A stretch of DNA of 64,000 nt, from assembly GCF_964213995.1 (NCBI RefSeq), contig NC_135806.1, forward strand, positions 74,276,001 to 74,340,000. The letters run 5' to 3'. The DNA is from Mustelus asterias. Lineage: Eukaryota. Within the stretch, counting starts at the first letter, position 1. Every line of letters begins with the position of its first letter. Below the pieces are notes generated by a model, which saw only the letters and a program-made list of their open reading frames with translations, did no database searches and was not told the origin of the DNA. The position numbers were made by a program, and so were the translations under genes. This document shows, one piece after another, positions 11,384 through 24,883 of this stretch.

Positions 11384-13476
11384 GGGCAGCAGTGCTAACC
11401 ACTGAGTCACCGTGCCTGCCCTTCTTGCAGTCAGTTTAAACAAAATTCTAGTTCTGCTACCATGTGTGCATTGAAACCAGGATGATTTGGTCACACTAGT
11501 CAGAAAAAAATGGCCTAAAAGAGGTATGACCAGGGGCGCCATATTACCTGGAAATTCCAGAGCTTGGGGCCTAATAGCAAAATGGCTAGTTGTCATATAA
11601 ATGCAGCTGGGGAATATGTAAAAGTTGGAGGACTGAAAAGATGTTGGAGGAGTTTGAAGATGTTTATGGGTGAAGCCTTTGAAGGATTTCAATAAATGAG
11701 CATTTTAATTTTATGGTGTTAGTTCAGGAACCACTGAGTCAATGAACATGGGATGATGGGTGAACAAGATTTGGTGCAAATCAGGATTTGGATTGTAAAG
11801 GTTTGGGTGAGATCAAGTTTGTGGAGGTTGGCAGCTGATAAGTACGGTATTAGAATAGTTGAGTCTAGAGGAGTTCAACAGATATTTGCATCTGTCTTTA
11901 TGGTGTGCTTAACCATGTCAGAGACTGCAAACAGCTGAGAGAATTGGGAGGATTAGTGTCTGGATCGTGGTGGATGTCTTGGAGTTAAATATGGTACAGA
12001 AGGAGACCGTTCAGCCCATAAAACCATGCCAGCTACCCACTGAGCCATCCAGTCTGTAGCTCTGAAAATTGATTTCCTTCAAGTGCACACCCAAATTTCT
12101 TTTCAAACCATTGTTTCCACATCCACCAAAGTATGTTTCAGATCAGGAGTTCCTGGAGAAACCCATGCACACAGGGAGAACGTGCAAGCTCCATTCTTGT
12201 AAATCGCCTCTGCATCCTGTCAAGGACCATCACTTAGTATTGTGATTGGAACTAGATGTAATGCTCTGACAGGGGTACAACTTGAACTTTGCATAGGTTC
12301 AGTATGTAGTACTGTGCCTGCAGCAATCAATGTTCAAACATAGACTTTGAAAAATTAGCACAGATTTGGACGGTGAAAACACATTTAAGCAATTTGAAGA
12401 GCAGAGGGAGGTTGACAATGGGATTGTAGTTTGCAAAGAATGAAGGGACAGGCCTTTTTGGGGAGCTGGTAGCAGTAGATTAGCTTTGTGGGGAGTGGCA
12501 CAGGAAATGGGCATTGAGTCAAATGGTGAGCCTTTTTGACTAATTGGAGAGCAGCAAAATAAAGGTGTTGGTTCAGGGCTAGGACAGATGCTGTTGCTCA
12601 GTGTATAAATATTTATTTGGGAAAATTCACAGGATAAGGACTTTACGTTAAGTATTTAAATTATTTGCAGAAGCAAGTTGTGGTATGAGTGAGCACAATT
12701 TGAACAAGGTTGCAACAGATTTGCACTGTCAGTCTTGTATTTGAGCGAGGCCTTTTTCTTGAAAATAAGCTCTTAAAAAAAAAACTTCAATTTACAAATG
12801 TTTGAGACTGTTGTATGCCGAAGTAAAACATTTTAACAGTTCAGCTGACTAAATGCCCCTGATTCATCTTGGGGTACATTCTGAATGCACGGCAGCCTTC
12901 ATCAGTCAAGGCTTTGGCTAAAAATATCAAGCCCATACATAGGTTTTTAAGGTTTAACAAGGCTGTCATGACAAGTCAGTGGGTAAATTGTCAATTCCAT
13001 CATTTAAAATGTTGCTTTGGGCAAATGGGTGAGCAGGTAAGTAAGAGCTGGTTTGCGCTTCATTTATTGTTGGAAGCTTCTCCTAATTAGTCTTTCTAGA
13101 ATTTTTGTTTTTGAGTTTTGCCACTGGATATCTGGCAGCTTTCAATGATTCTAATGTTCCCAACCTCAGTTCTGATTTTACTGGCTCGAGGTAAATGCAG
13201 AAAATCTGTCATTCAGTGATACTTAAACAGTATTGTCTGCAGGACCTCGTGTCGTTGCATATGATTAAATGTGTTTTCTACTGTGACCTCTGAATTGTAC
13301 AGTGCATGTTAAAATGAAGACTTAAATATGGCTATTTTATGGTGGTAAAATTCTGCTGTAAAGTGCACATTTTTTTGATTTCTGCATACCACATTCATAC
13401 TTTGCAGTTGTAAGAATTGCCTTTAGACAAAGTCCAATCATGTGCATGATCTTTTATCCACACAGTATATACAAGT

Positions 13477-13627
13477 ATGGCTCAAGAAACCAATCCAACT
13501 CAAGTGCCTGTTATGTGTGCAACTGGTTGTGGGTTTTATGGAAATCCTAGAACCAATGGAATGTGTTCTGTGTGCTACAAGGAACACCTACAAAGACAGC
13601 AAACTAGTGGCCGGATGAGTCCTATGG
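13477..13627 (+). CDS. ZFAND5: ZFAND5-like A20/AN1 zinc finger protein, coding exon 1 (A20 zinc finger)
   Basis: Acceptor cacag ends at 13465. ATG at 13477 translates [50 protein letters not shown](G). Donor G|gtaag at 13627/13628. 151 coding nt, phase 1. Confidence 0.95.
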
Positions 13628-14149
13628 GTAAGATAACTTAATTGTTTCCTTCTCCTCCCAAACACCTTGGTGCTCTGTGAAGAATAACTTTAATATTACA
13701 GCTAGTTGTGCATGGTGTTTCAAGTTGACCTGAATACCGTTACCAGCTGTCAAAACCAGGCAGGTTGGGAACATTTTGAAAAATGCAGAACAAGATTATA
13801 GATTGAGAGCAAAAGCATTGGAGTGGGGGAATGACGAGAAGAAACAACCCTGTGTTTTATATGCAAGACTTGCACGTGCATAAAATCCAGTCCGAATGAT
13901 TGTGATAAACCTAACAGGGGAGGAACTTTAACCAATTGCGTCACTTTTATGATCTTCTAAATAAATGTGTAAAGGAGATTGTTCTTTAGGTGCTTTTCAA
14001 AACATGTCCCTGTTCTGAATCATGGTACAATGCAAAAGGAAGCAATTTAGCCCTAAAAGTTTGTCCTGGCTGTTTAACAGCCCCAGTTGCTTCAATCTAT
14101 CCGCATAACTGATTATTTTTCTCTTGGATCTATTGGGTATAGTCTGTAG

Positions 14150-15700
14150 AGCCATATCCACCTTGCCCCCCCCAGCCTGAAAATGTACCATTTTAGCATA
14201 TTTTGCCCTGTACCTTCTCATTCTGCCAAAACTTTTTCTGAATTTTACCTGCCATGTGTCTACTGTTCCACCAGCCTGTCTGTGTCCTGAGGTTTATCAC
14301 AACTGCCTTCAAGTTTTGTCATCTGTACTTGAGTCCAAATCATTTAATGTATATCAAAAAACATCAGTGGTCCTACTACTGAAACTTGGGGGAACTCCTT
14401 TGTATATCAAAGCAACCATCATTCACTGTTTTCTATGCCTTACTTTGTCCTAATGCATGGCTGTAAATCTGCAAACAAACCTTATAAATGATACCTGGAC
14501 ACCCTTTTGAAAGTCTAACTACACAACATCTTATCTCATAAAAATAACTGAAGTTAGTCAAAAATGATTTGCCGTTAACAAATCTGTGCTGGCCTTTATT
14601 AGTCCATACATGTCCAAAATGTCTTGACTTTGTATTATTGTTTCTAAAGCTTCCGTGCACTGGTATTCAACAGACTCATCTTGTAACCTTATTCATAGAG
14701 GGAGAATTATATACGATCTCTTAATCTTCTGACTATTTGAGAATTGAAAGGTAGTGTCTCTCACTTCTGCCATTTCTACCCTCGGTGTATCCCATCCATT
14801 GAGTTGCCCAGTACTTATCAACTTTTAAAGTACCTCTATTTGTGTCCCATCCAGTTTCCCAGCAACCTGCTTAATTTGCCACAGTATTGGTAAAGTCTTC
14901 CTCGGTACCCAAGTGTCTCAGCTATGCCTTCAGCTTCCATCAGTAAACCTCCATTTTGGTCTCCACTTACCCCAGTGCTCCTCTAACAATCCTTTTACTG
15001 TTGACGTACCTTTAGAAGAGTTTAAGATTCTCTTTCAGGTTGGCTGCCAATCTGTTCGTGTACTGTCTGCCTCATTTCCTTTTCATTTATGCTTTATACT
15101 CTTACTGTTCAATTCAATTCTCCTTCTGCTTAATTCAGCTGACATCTGTCGTAAACCCCTTTTCCTGCTTCACCTTAATCAAACTACTTTTGTAATCCAG
15201 GGAGCTCTAGCTTTGGTTGCCCTCTCTTTTTCTTCATTGAACCATCTAGGTACATTCCTACAATCTCTTAAAGGCGTCCCATTACATTCCATTTCTGCTT
15301 GGCAAGCCTTTGACTCCAATTTTCTTGGTCCAATTTCTTTCTCTCCTTCCCTAAACTACTCTGTCTGACATTTCCAACTTCACCCTCTTCATTCCAGGGC
15401 TAGATCCAGAAATGGCTCCTTCCCTTTTTGGGCAGCAAAGTGCAGATCAAGAAAACTCCCCAGACTGCATAGTTGTTCTATTCAGTATTGGAGTCCCCCA
15501 ATACCACTACTTGTTCTGATTTCTGTCCAAATCTGCTACTCTATCTCGTCACTGGTAGTCTAACGGCTCCTTTACTATTACTTACCTGCAACCTGATAGA
15601 TTCTTTGATCCCTCAGGGACATTCTTTCTAGCAATGCAAATAATATTTTCTTCAATCAAAACCACTCCTTTCCTTCCCTGCCTAGTGTTAAGGGCTAGCA
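14150..15700 (-). mobile_element. Highly degenerate CR1 fragments
   Basis: Remnants such as QHRFVNGKSFLTN on the minus strand. Boundaries uncertain. Confidence 0.5.
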
Positions 15701-15739
15701 TGTCTCAGTTATCGCCACTACATCCCTTTTCCCCCCTTT

Positions 15740-16135
15740 TTGTCACTTGTGTCTCAGTTGGTACCACACCTTTAGTTAAAAGGTTGTGGATTCTCTCTCC
15801 AGATACTTGGGAGGCAAAAGTCTGGGCTGATGCTCAAATGTAGTACTAAGAATGCAGTGGTATTGGAGGTGCTATTGTTTTGGGTGAGACATCAAATTGA
15901 GGCCCCATCTACCCCTTGGGTGGATGTAAAAGATCCCATGACACTATTTTGAGGAGGCAAAGGGAAGTTATCCCCACGTCCTGGCCAATATTAATCTTAT
16001 TTGGTCACCATTGTATTCCTGTGGAGCTTGTTTGCAAACTGGCTGCCACGTTTTCTACATTGCAACAGTGACTACTTAATATTTTGGGGCATCCTGAGAT
16101 CAGAAAAAACACTATAGACATGAAGGCTGTTTTCT
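15740..16135 (+). mobile_element. Deu-domain SINE
   Basis: ggtggatgtaaaagatcccatgacactattttgag...tcctggccaatatt...gtggagcttgtttgcaaactggctgcc. Confidence 0.65.
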
Positions 16136-16499
16136 TGCCAATTCCCAACTTCTTTAACCCCAGACTGAGCCTAGACCACCTTTCTGCAATTATTTCAACT
16201 CTGGCTGTCTGCCTTGGGCATTTGTGCAGCTTTTTTCTACTTTTGGTGCAACACCTTTGTATCCCACATGCTACCAACCTTTCATCACAGCACTTGTTAA
16301 CCTAACCACAAAGATCACAACCTGAAACAGTAACCTTTTCTCTCCTCGGATGTCACCAGACCTGCAGAGTATTTCTAGCTTTTCAAATTTCAGCACCCAC
16401 AATATTCTCTGTTTGCAGAAAAACATTCCACTTTTTTTATAAGGTGGAACCTGTCAATCTTGGTCAAATCCCTCCTGCCAGAAAACTGGTCCCAGGGTA

Positions 16500-17285
16500 A
16501 AACAAAGAACAAAGAAAATTACAGCACAGGAACAGGCCCCTCGGCCCTCCAAGCCTGCACTGACCATGCTGCCCGACAACTAAAAACCCCTATCCTTCCG
16601 GGGACCATATTCCATCTCATTCATGTACTTGTCAAGACGCCCCTTAAAAGTCACTACCGTATCCGCTTCCACTACCTCCCCCGGCAACAAGTTCCAGGCA
16701 CCCACCACTGTGTTTATAAAAAAGAAAATCTGCCTCGTACATCTTTTAAACCTTGCCCCTCGCACCTTAAACACATGCCCCCTAGTAATTGACTCTTCCA
16801 CCCTGGGGAAAAAGCTTCTGACTATCCACGCTGTCCATACCTCTCATAATCTTGTAGACTTCTATCAGGTCTCTCCTCAACCTCTATCGCCTCAGTGAGA
16901 ACAAACCAAGTTTCTCCAACCTCTCCTCATAGCTAATGCCCTCCATACCAGCAACATTCTGGTAAATCTTTTCTGTACCCTCTCCAAAGCCTCCCCATCC
17001 TTCTGGTAGTGTGGTGACCAGAATTGAACACTATATTCCAAGTGCAGCCCAGCTAAGGTTCTATAAAGCTGCAACATGACTTGCCAATTTTTAAACTCAA
17101 TACCCCGGCCAATGAAGGCAAGCATGCCGTATGCCTCCTTGACTACCTTCTCCACCTGCATTGCCACTTTCAGTGATCTGTGTACCTGTACACCCAGATC
17201 CCTTTGCCTATCAATACTCTTAAGGGTTCTGCCATATACAGATAGGAAATATACAGTAATAGACCTTCCAAAATGCATTACCTCA
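16500..17285 (-). mobile_element. CR1/HER1 3' fragment (intronic)
   Basis: RDLGVQVHRSLK, LEYSVQFWSP and LERVQKRFTRM motifs, with the aacaaagaacaaag tail. Confidence 0.9.
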
Positions 17286-17789
17286 CTGCATTACCTAATG
17301 CATTTTCTTATTGATGTCCCAACAATCTGAAACTCTCACTTTGCACCATGTCTCCAGCCATGCGTTTACCTGTCGATCCTTATTTGTGTTCTCACTAGCG
17401 TAATCCCTTTGAAGTACTGCCTTTTATTTTCTTCCTAGCTCCGTAAATTCACTACAGGGCATCAACCACTTTCCTCTCTGACCCTGATATTCTGCAGCTT
17501 GATGTCCCTTGACTAGCCATCAGGGTGGCAGTGCAACGTATGGGTCTTGCATTGGTAGTAGCAGTCACCCTGATTATTCAATCCTCAATTTATACTTTGT
17601 ACCCGCAGTCCCCCAATACAGTCCTTTGCCTCATCACTGGACTGTACCACTTGGAGATATGACCTTCCGGTTGGTATTCTCCTTTTGAATATCTGTTTTG
17701 CATGTCACATTCCAGAAGGCTTCCTACACTGCCTGTCTCTTCCTACCCCACTTGTTGGTCTGAAACTAAGGTCTATGTCAGTGCTGTTC

Positions 17790-18950
17790 TAGAACATGCA
17801 GGAGGAATGGGATTGGTACATGCACCAATCATTGAAGGTGCCAGGGCAGGTTGAGGAAAATGGGTTTCATAAATAGAGATAGAGTATAGAAGTAAAAATT
17901 ATTATTAACCTTGTGTAAAATATTGTTTCTCCCTCAACTAGATTATTGTGACCGAAGACACACTTTAGGAAAGATGTGAAAGCATTGGAGAGGGTGCAGA
18001 AAAGATTTTAAAAGAATGATTTTCGGGATAGGGGACTACAGTTAAGTGGATAGATTTGCAAACTGGGGTTGCTGTCCTTTGAGAAGAGTTGAGAAATTTA
18101 ATATAGATGCTCAAAATCGTGAAGGGTCTAGATAGTTGATAGAAACTGCACCCATTGGCAGAGGATTGAGAACGAGAGAGCACAGATCTAAGTTTAAAGT
18201 TTATTTATTAGTATCACAAGTAGGCTTACATCAACACTGCAATGAAGTTACTGTGAAAATTCCCAAGTCGCCACAGTCTGGTGCCTGTTCGGGTACACTA
18301 AGGGAGAATTTAGCATGACCAATGCACCTAATCAGCATGTCTTTCGGACTGTGGGAGGAAACTGGAGCATCTGGAGGAAACACGTGCAGACTCCGCACAG
18401 ACGGTCACCCAAGCCGAGAATCAAACCCGGGTCCCTGGTGTTGTGAGGCAGCAGTCACTGGGTTTAGGGATTAATTTAGCACTGTAAACATAGACAGCAA
18501 TCATATGTTTAGCTATGTTCCATTCTGCTTGGATTAATAGAAAGATCAAAACTGATGCTTTGGAGTGTTCATGATTTTGATAGAAATATCAAAAGTGGAC
18601 ATCTTGACAAATGTATATACAATGGTAAGAAATCTTCTGTTGCCATTTACTACTGGGATTCTCTGGTGCCACTGAAAGTGAATGGAGTTTTGGAATGCCA
18701 AATGCTCCATTCTCGCTGGAAACCGGAGCACCCGGAGGAAACCCCCGCAGACACGGGGAGGACGTGCAGACTCTGCAGTGATCCAAGCCAGGAATCAAAG
18801 GTGTTAGGCTCTACAAAGCAGTGCCCAAAAGTGTGATAGAGGCAGATTCAATGTGGCCTACAAAACACAATTGGATAATTACCTGAAGAGAAATTGTTTG
18901 CATGGTGGGGGTGTGATACCAGATGAATTGCTGTACCAGGGAGCAGAAGG
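17790..18950 (+). mobile_element. Degenerate CR1 3' fragment interrupted by SINEs
   Basis: tttaggaaagatgtgaaagcattggagagggtgcagaaaagatt (FRKDVKALERVQKR). Confidence 0.6.
18191..18457 (-). mobile_element. HE1-head SINE with an alternative 3' tail
   Basis: Reverse complement of 10722-11000. Confidence 0.85.
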
Positions 18951-18954
18951 CAGG

Positions 18955-20200
18955 GATTTGATTTGATTTATTATTGTCACATGTATTAGTGTACAGCAAA
19001 AAGTATTGTTTCATGTGTGCTACGCAGACAAAGCATACCATAAATAGGGAAGGAACCGAGAGTGCAGAATGTGGTGTTACAGTCATGGCTAGGGTGCAGA
19101 GAAAGATCAACTTAATGCACGGTAGGTCAATTCAAAAGTCTGACAGCAGCCAGGAAGAAGCTGTTCTTGAGTCGATTGATTCGTGACCTCAGACTTTTTT
19201 ATATTTTTCCTGACGGAAGAAGGTGGAAGAGAGAGAAGAGTGCATGGGGTCCTTAATTATGCTGGCTGCTTTTGAGGCAGCAGGAAGTGTAGAAAGTGTC
19301 AATGGGAGGCTGGTTTGAGTGATGGACTGGGCTTCATTCACGACCCTTTGTAGTTTCTTGCGACCTTGGACAGAGCAGGAGCCATACCAAGCTGTGCAAC
19401 CAGAACAAATGCTTTCTATGGTGCATCTGTTGACATTGGTGAGAGTTGTAGCAGACATGCCAAATTTCCTTAGTCTCCTGAGAAAGTAGAGGTGTTGGTG
19501 GGCTTTCTTAACTATAGTGTCTGCATAGAGGGACCAGGACAGGTGGTTAGTTAAACTTGAAGCTCTCGACCATTTCTACTTCGTCACCATTAATGTAAAC
19601 GGGGGCATGCTCTCACTACTTTAGAGAGAGTGCAGAAGAGGTTTACCAGGATGTTGCCTGGTATGGAGGGGCTTAGTTATAAGGAGAGATTGGGTAAACT
19701 GGGGTTGTTCTCACTGGAAAGACGGAGGATGAGGGGAGACCTAATAGAGGTGTATAAAATTATGAAAGGCATAGATAGGGTGAACGGTGGGAAGCTTTTT
19801 CCCAGGTCGGTGGTGAAGTTCACGAGGGGTCATGGGTTCAAGGTGAGGGGGGGAGGTTTAACACAGATATCAGAAGGACATATTTTACACAGAGGGTGGT
19901 GGGGGCCCGGAATGCGCTGCCAGGCAAGGTGGTGGAGGCGGACACACTGGGAACGTTTAAGACTTATCTAGATAGCCACATGAGTGGAGTGGGAATGGAG
20001 GGATACAAAAGAATGATCTAGTTTGGACCAGGGAGCGGCATGGGCTTGGAGGGCCGAAGGGCCTGGTCCTGTGCTGTACTGTTCTTCTTTGTTCTACGCT
20101 TCCTGAAGTCGACGACTAGTTCGTTCATTTTGTTGACATTGGGGAAGAGATTATTGTCGTCGCATCAGTTCGCCAGATTTTCTCTCTCGTACTGTCTCAT
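18955..20200 (-). mobile_element. Rex1/Babar 3' fragment (hosts an HER1 copy)
   Basis: MSATTLTN..CTIESI..WYGSC..KKLQRVV motif and (tttga)n tail. Confidence 0.88.
19620..20094 (+). mobile_element. Young CR1/HER1 3' fragment nested in a Rex1 copy
   Basis: QKRFTRMLPGMEGLSYKERLGKLGLFSLE, nearly identical to the 48.5-51.7 kb copy. Rex1 sequence resumes at ctacgcttcctgaag. Confidence 0.9.
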
Positions 20201-20609
20201 CATTGAGTGATTGCATTGTAGTGCAAGTTGGCAAAAGGGAATATTAATAGGGCAAGTGAAGAAACAAGATGTCTAGATGAGGTGTTAACAGATTTTATAA
20301 TTTGGTGCACCTGATTACTGCCTTTGTTGTTCCGATGGTCTGCAGTCTGAGCATTGGTTTCCACATCTGTTGTGAAAACTGATTTTTAAAAACTCAAATC
20401 TGTGCACAGATTGCTGCATATATGACTCGTGTAACTAGCATTGTATCTTAAAGGACAAGTTTGTTTCTAATACTAATGGCTGTGATTCTGTGAATGGTCA
20501 TATACACACACACACATGCAAAATGTGTTCATACATAACCCCCATCAATTTGTGAATAGTTAGTGAAAACATACATGAACAGCAACTGACGTTCATTTTC
20601 AACTTCTAG

Positions 20610-20706
20610 GTTCAGCTAACAGCTCCAGCTCAGACTTTGCTCATGTCCAGCGAACAGAGAGCTTTAAATCTGAAGGAGCCTCCATCAACGTAACTGTCAA
20701 AACGAA
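20610..20706 (+). CDS. ZFAND5: ZFAND5-like coding exon 2 (linker)
   Basis: ttcaacttctag| acceptor and AA|gtaagt donor. Reads (G)SANSSSSDFAHVQRTESFKSEGASINVTVKT(K). 97 nt, phases 1 and 2 fit the neighbouring exons, and the SD..VQR..EGA pattern matches the ZFAND5 linker. Confidence 0.85.
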
Positions 20707-22356
20707 GTAAGTTCATATTTATGAATACATTGACAATCTGTGCCCCTTGGGTATGTATCATTTTGAGCCACCATGTATTAATTAATACCATAGATCATGG
20801 TGTCTAAGATGACCAAGACTAACAATGTACACGAAAACCCCATTCCTTTTTTAGCAAATTTATGTTTAAGGCTTTATTCTCAATAAGAGTTGGCTTCAAT
20901 TTTTCAGCTCAAAGGACGTGTTGTAAGAGTTGTACTCTTTTTTTATAAGTTGTTACATGGGATCATATGATATCAGCCATGTTGCCAAGGAGATGTGCAG
21001 AAGTGCAAACCGGGCATGGCAACCAACAAACAGAAATGGGTCTACCTGTACCAACAATGGCAGTTTGCAGTTAATGCTCGGCATATAAATCACCCCCAAG
21101 AATTTTTTTAAGCTTTGGTTGACTTGTCTGAATTCTGTGGTAAGTTGCATTCTGTGGGATAGGGGAAGGAAAATGGGTGAAAATATGTATCATGGGTGAG
21201 GTTTGCAGTTCATCAGGCATTTGTCATATGATTTATGATATTCTACACATTTTACCTAAATTATTTTAGACAGTTAGAAACCATGCCCCTATTGGAGTAA
21301 CTAGGTGGTTTGAAGGTGGCCATGTAAATAAAAATGTTCACTAATATTACAGAATTTATTAGATATCAGAAATATTGCAGATTTTTTATCATTTGTTCCT
21401 GGCTTATTTGGTACTATGATCCATTGTGCAAGTTTAGGTTTCAAATAAAGCTTCTACTTAGCTGCAGACTTAGTTTGCACTTGTAATAGTGTGAAATAGA
21501 AATGTTTTTCTTTCATGGCTTTTAAAAGCCTTTCAGTGAAATTGCTGGCCTTGTGTTATGGACTGTTTATCTGGAACCAGATGGATTCTTGTTTTTCAAA
21601 GTTAAAAGCCGCGCACTAGGTTGCTCAGTTTTCCCTACCTCAATCTCAATTTTTCAATGGTGGTAATGAAGTAATGAGTTGTCATGGGTAAATTGGTAAA
21701 TATGCATTTCAATTAATGGCTGCGCAAGTAACCTTTTTAAGCATAACTTTTCTAATTTTGAAAAAGCTCTTGGTTTTTACCTTTTGGAGAATAGTAGCCA
21801 TCCTATCTGGAGGAGATATCAAAAAGCAACTGACCCTGCAACAGATTTCAGTACTGAAGTCTGAATTTGAGTTAATATAATGTATTTGATGCAATGCTTA
21901 GACATATAATGTGTTCAGATGTATCCAAGACTGTTCATGATGTCTACACTAATTAGTCTTTGGACTCTTCAAAAACTAAATGTTCCACTTAAATCTTTTG
22001 CATTGGCCTTAGGACACGTACCACTAACTAAAAACAGTTCTGTTCTATACTTTAAAAAGCTAACTGTAAAGAGGCTGTAATTCATGTGAGTTGGCCAAAT
22101 TTTGGATGCCCTTATGTCATTCAAACTTGTCCAAAAGACTACGGTACTTTTTTATTTCTTGGTGAACTTTTGTTTATAATCGGGAGCTGGCTTGAGGGCA
22201 ATTGAGTTTTCAAAAGAAGTATTTGGCAGAGTTCCTTGCATGTTCATTAAAAATTGAACAAGTAGTGGAATTTAAAAAATTGAAAAAAATTTTCTTGGAG
22301 ATCATCTCAATGAGAACAGTTCATTTTCCTCATGATGCACTTTTTGTACTTGGCAG

Positions 22357-22454
22357 ATGTATGTCTGGATCAACCTTGCCTGTGACGCAGCAGATGACAG
22401 AAATGAGTATTTCCAGAGAGGAGAAAAAGGCAGAAGTTGATGTAGCAGAGCCAG
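22357..22454 (+). CDS. ZFAND5: ZFAND5-like coding exon 3
   Basis: tttttgtacttggcag| acceptor and G|gtatgc donor. Reads CMSGSTLPVTQQMTEMSISREEKKAEVDVAEP; LPVTQQMTEMSISRE is diagnostic of ZFAND5 rather than ZFAND6. 98 nt. Confidence 0.93.
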
Positions 22455-22659
22455 GTATGCTTAAATTTTGAGGCTATTCCAAAAATAATACTTGTTATGC
22501 AATCAATAGATTACACTAAACTTGCTCAGGTTAAACAGAAGCTTTTTTAATAACAGGTTTGAGTCACTTCAAGTTGTTTCCATTCAAAACCATATTCCTG
22601 CACACTCCCCATGCCCCTCGGCACCTTTTAGAGTCTAGATTTTTGAAAGTGTAACTAGC

Positions 22660-23150
22660 AGCTGTGGTGTATTTGAATTTTCAGAAGACTTTCATTAAGT
22701 TCCCATGATGAAAGGAAGAAAAATTTAGAAACCAATGCGGTTGGGAATAATATACTGACATGGATTGGAAATTGGCTAACAGAAATCAGTCAGAATAACT
22801 GGCCTACTCTTTAGGTTGGCAGGCTATGGGACCCCAGCTATTCACAATTTACATCCTTGATTTGGATCTAGGGGCCAAGTATGATATTTCCAAGTTTGAT
22901 GACACAACTTAGTGTGAGATGATGAGAATGAGGCTACAAGAGGATTTGCACATGGAGACTACAAAGTTCATAAGTGCTGAACAGGGTAGATAGGGGGAGG
23001 GTGTTCCCCGGCTGGAATCTAGACAGTCTCAGAATACAAGGTAGGTCAAGAGATGTGTGGGGAAAATGGCATTGAGGTAGAAGATCGGCCATGATCTAGT
23101 TGAATGCTGAAGCAAGCTTGAGGGGCTGAATGGCTGCCTACTGCTCCTTT
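22660..23150 (+). mobile_element. Degenerate CR1 fragment
   Basis: DFQK.F.KVP and WIGNWL remnants plus the CR1 3' tail (gatcggccatgatc...gaatggc). Confidence 0.55.
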
Positions 23151-23269
23151 GTTCACATGTGTATGCATCCTTGCTCAAACTGAGCTCCAGATAATTGACC
23201 CCCCCCCCCCTCTCTGCTGCCTATGAGAAAATGGGCCTTTCACTCATGAAATGCTAATGTTGTCTTTCA

Positions 23270-23820
23270 AGCTGCTCCCGCAGCACAATGCTTTTTTTTT
23301 TCTGAACCTCATCAATTAAGATCAGCAACAATCTCCTGCAAAACGTGCACCATTTTCCACATGTTCCTCCTCTTGATGAAGGCAGATGCAGCAAGTAAAA
23401 TTCTTTGCTTCTACTGTGGCAGCTCAGCACTTGGCAGACCTGAGGAAGAGTAATTGAGGACTGAATCTCAGCGAGAGTTATGACATGGTTTACCAGGCAG
23501 CAGTGATCCTCGTGCTTGGGTCACTACAGAAGGCACCTCAAAAAGCATCCACCAAATTGGCTGTAAGCAAGATGGTCCAACAGCAGCATCACAATGTTAT
23601 CACTCGACCAGCTTCAATGGGCAGTACATGTTGGTTATATGCCTGACACCAGCCTCCCAAAGCAACTGCACTACTCAAAGCTCAGTAGTGGCAGGAGACC
23701 CCCCTAGGAAGGCATGGATACTTTGAAAACACCCCTCAAGCATTTCCACTGAAGAGGTCAAACATCCCTCCCAACTTGTGGAAAACCCTGGCTTATGATC
23801 AACCGAAATGGCGAAAGAGC
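23270..23820 (+). mobile_element. RTE-clade (BovB-like) LINE fragment, degenerate
   Basis: MPDTSLPKQLHYSKLSSGRR and NIPPNLWKTLAYDQPKWRK C-terminal motifs. Confidence 0.65.
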
Positions 23821-24883
23821 AAGCACTGGTGGGTTTTTTAGGTACCCTATTACCACGTCCTTAATGAGATTTTTAGCAATTTCCCCCACTACTGGCAGGT
23901 TAAATGGCCTTCCTATTCCCTATTATCTCCCTGAATAACAAGGTTAAATTTGCTACCTGCCAATCCTTGGGGAACATTCTAAATCCTGGAAGATCAAATA
24001 TCTCTACAGTTGTCTTTTAAAAAGAATCTAGGATATGGCCCATTAGTTTAAAAAGATCATGCTGGATTTTAGTCCCACTAATTTCTCCAGTGCTATTTAC
24101 TGATCACTTCAAGTTCCTCAGAATTAGATTTTTAAAATTAATATTTGCCTTTGCTTGGATATTAAATTTAATAATTTCCCAGTCTATCATAGCCAACTTG
24201 CCCCTCATAACCACGTGTTTGAATTGACCTTGCATCAATCCTTAACTCTAAAATTGTTCCTCATGACCACTCTTTCTGCAGAAGATCCTTTGCCATAAAA
24301 TTCATTATCCCTGTCCCATTAAACAATATTAGATAGCCTATTCCCTCCTTGTTGGTTCCTTGGCATTTGTTCTGAAAAATGTTCCTCATTCTCCAGAACA
24401 AATGCTTCACAGTAGAACAATGCATTCTATGAACTATTCCTCCATATTTGCCAATTCTATATGACGATTGAAATTACTGTTATTCCATACTCTGATTTCC
24501 TGATTTATGTACACTGTTAAACACTTCATAGCTGCAACACCCTTTCCCAACAAGTTTCACAACTGATTTTATTGTTGCATGATTTCCTGGCTACTGTTGC
24601 ACCCACTAAAATTCAGCCCATCTAAAGTTGCTGTCCATGTCCTGTGTACCAAGCCTTGCTTGCCTATCCCTCCCACCCTCAAATGTAAAAAACACAATGC
24701 AATGAGAAAGATTCATCAGTAGCTTATTGGGGGAGCTGAGTATTGTATTAGATTTAAGAGGCTCATGTTGCAAAGAGTGGTAGGTCTGAGGATTCAGTTT
24801 TGGAAGCTAGCAAAGGGTAACTAAAGAGTTAAGGGGGGAGAGCAGATAAGGAAGGAACAAGTAGAATGAGTGTAAACTAGACA

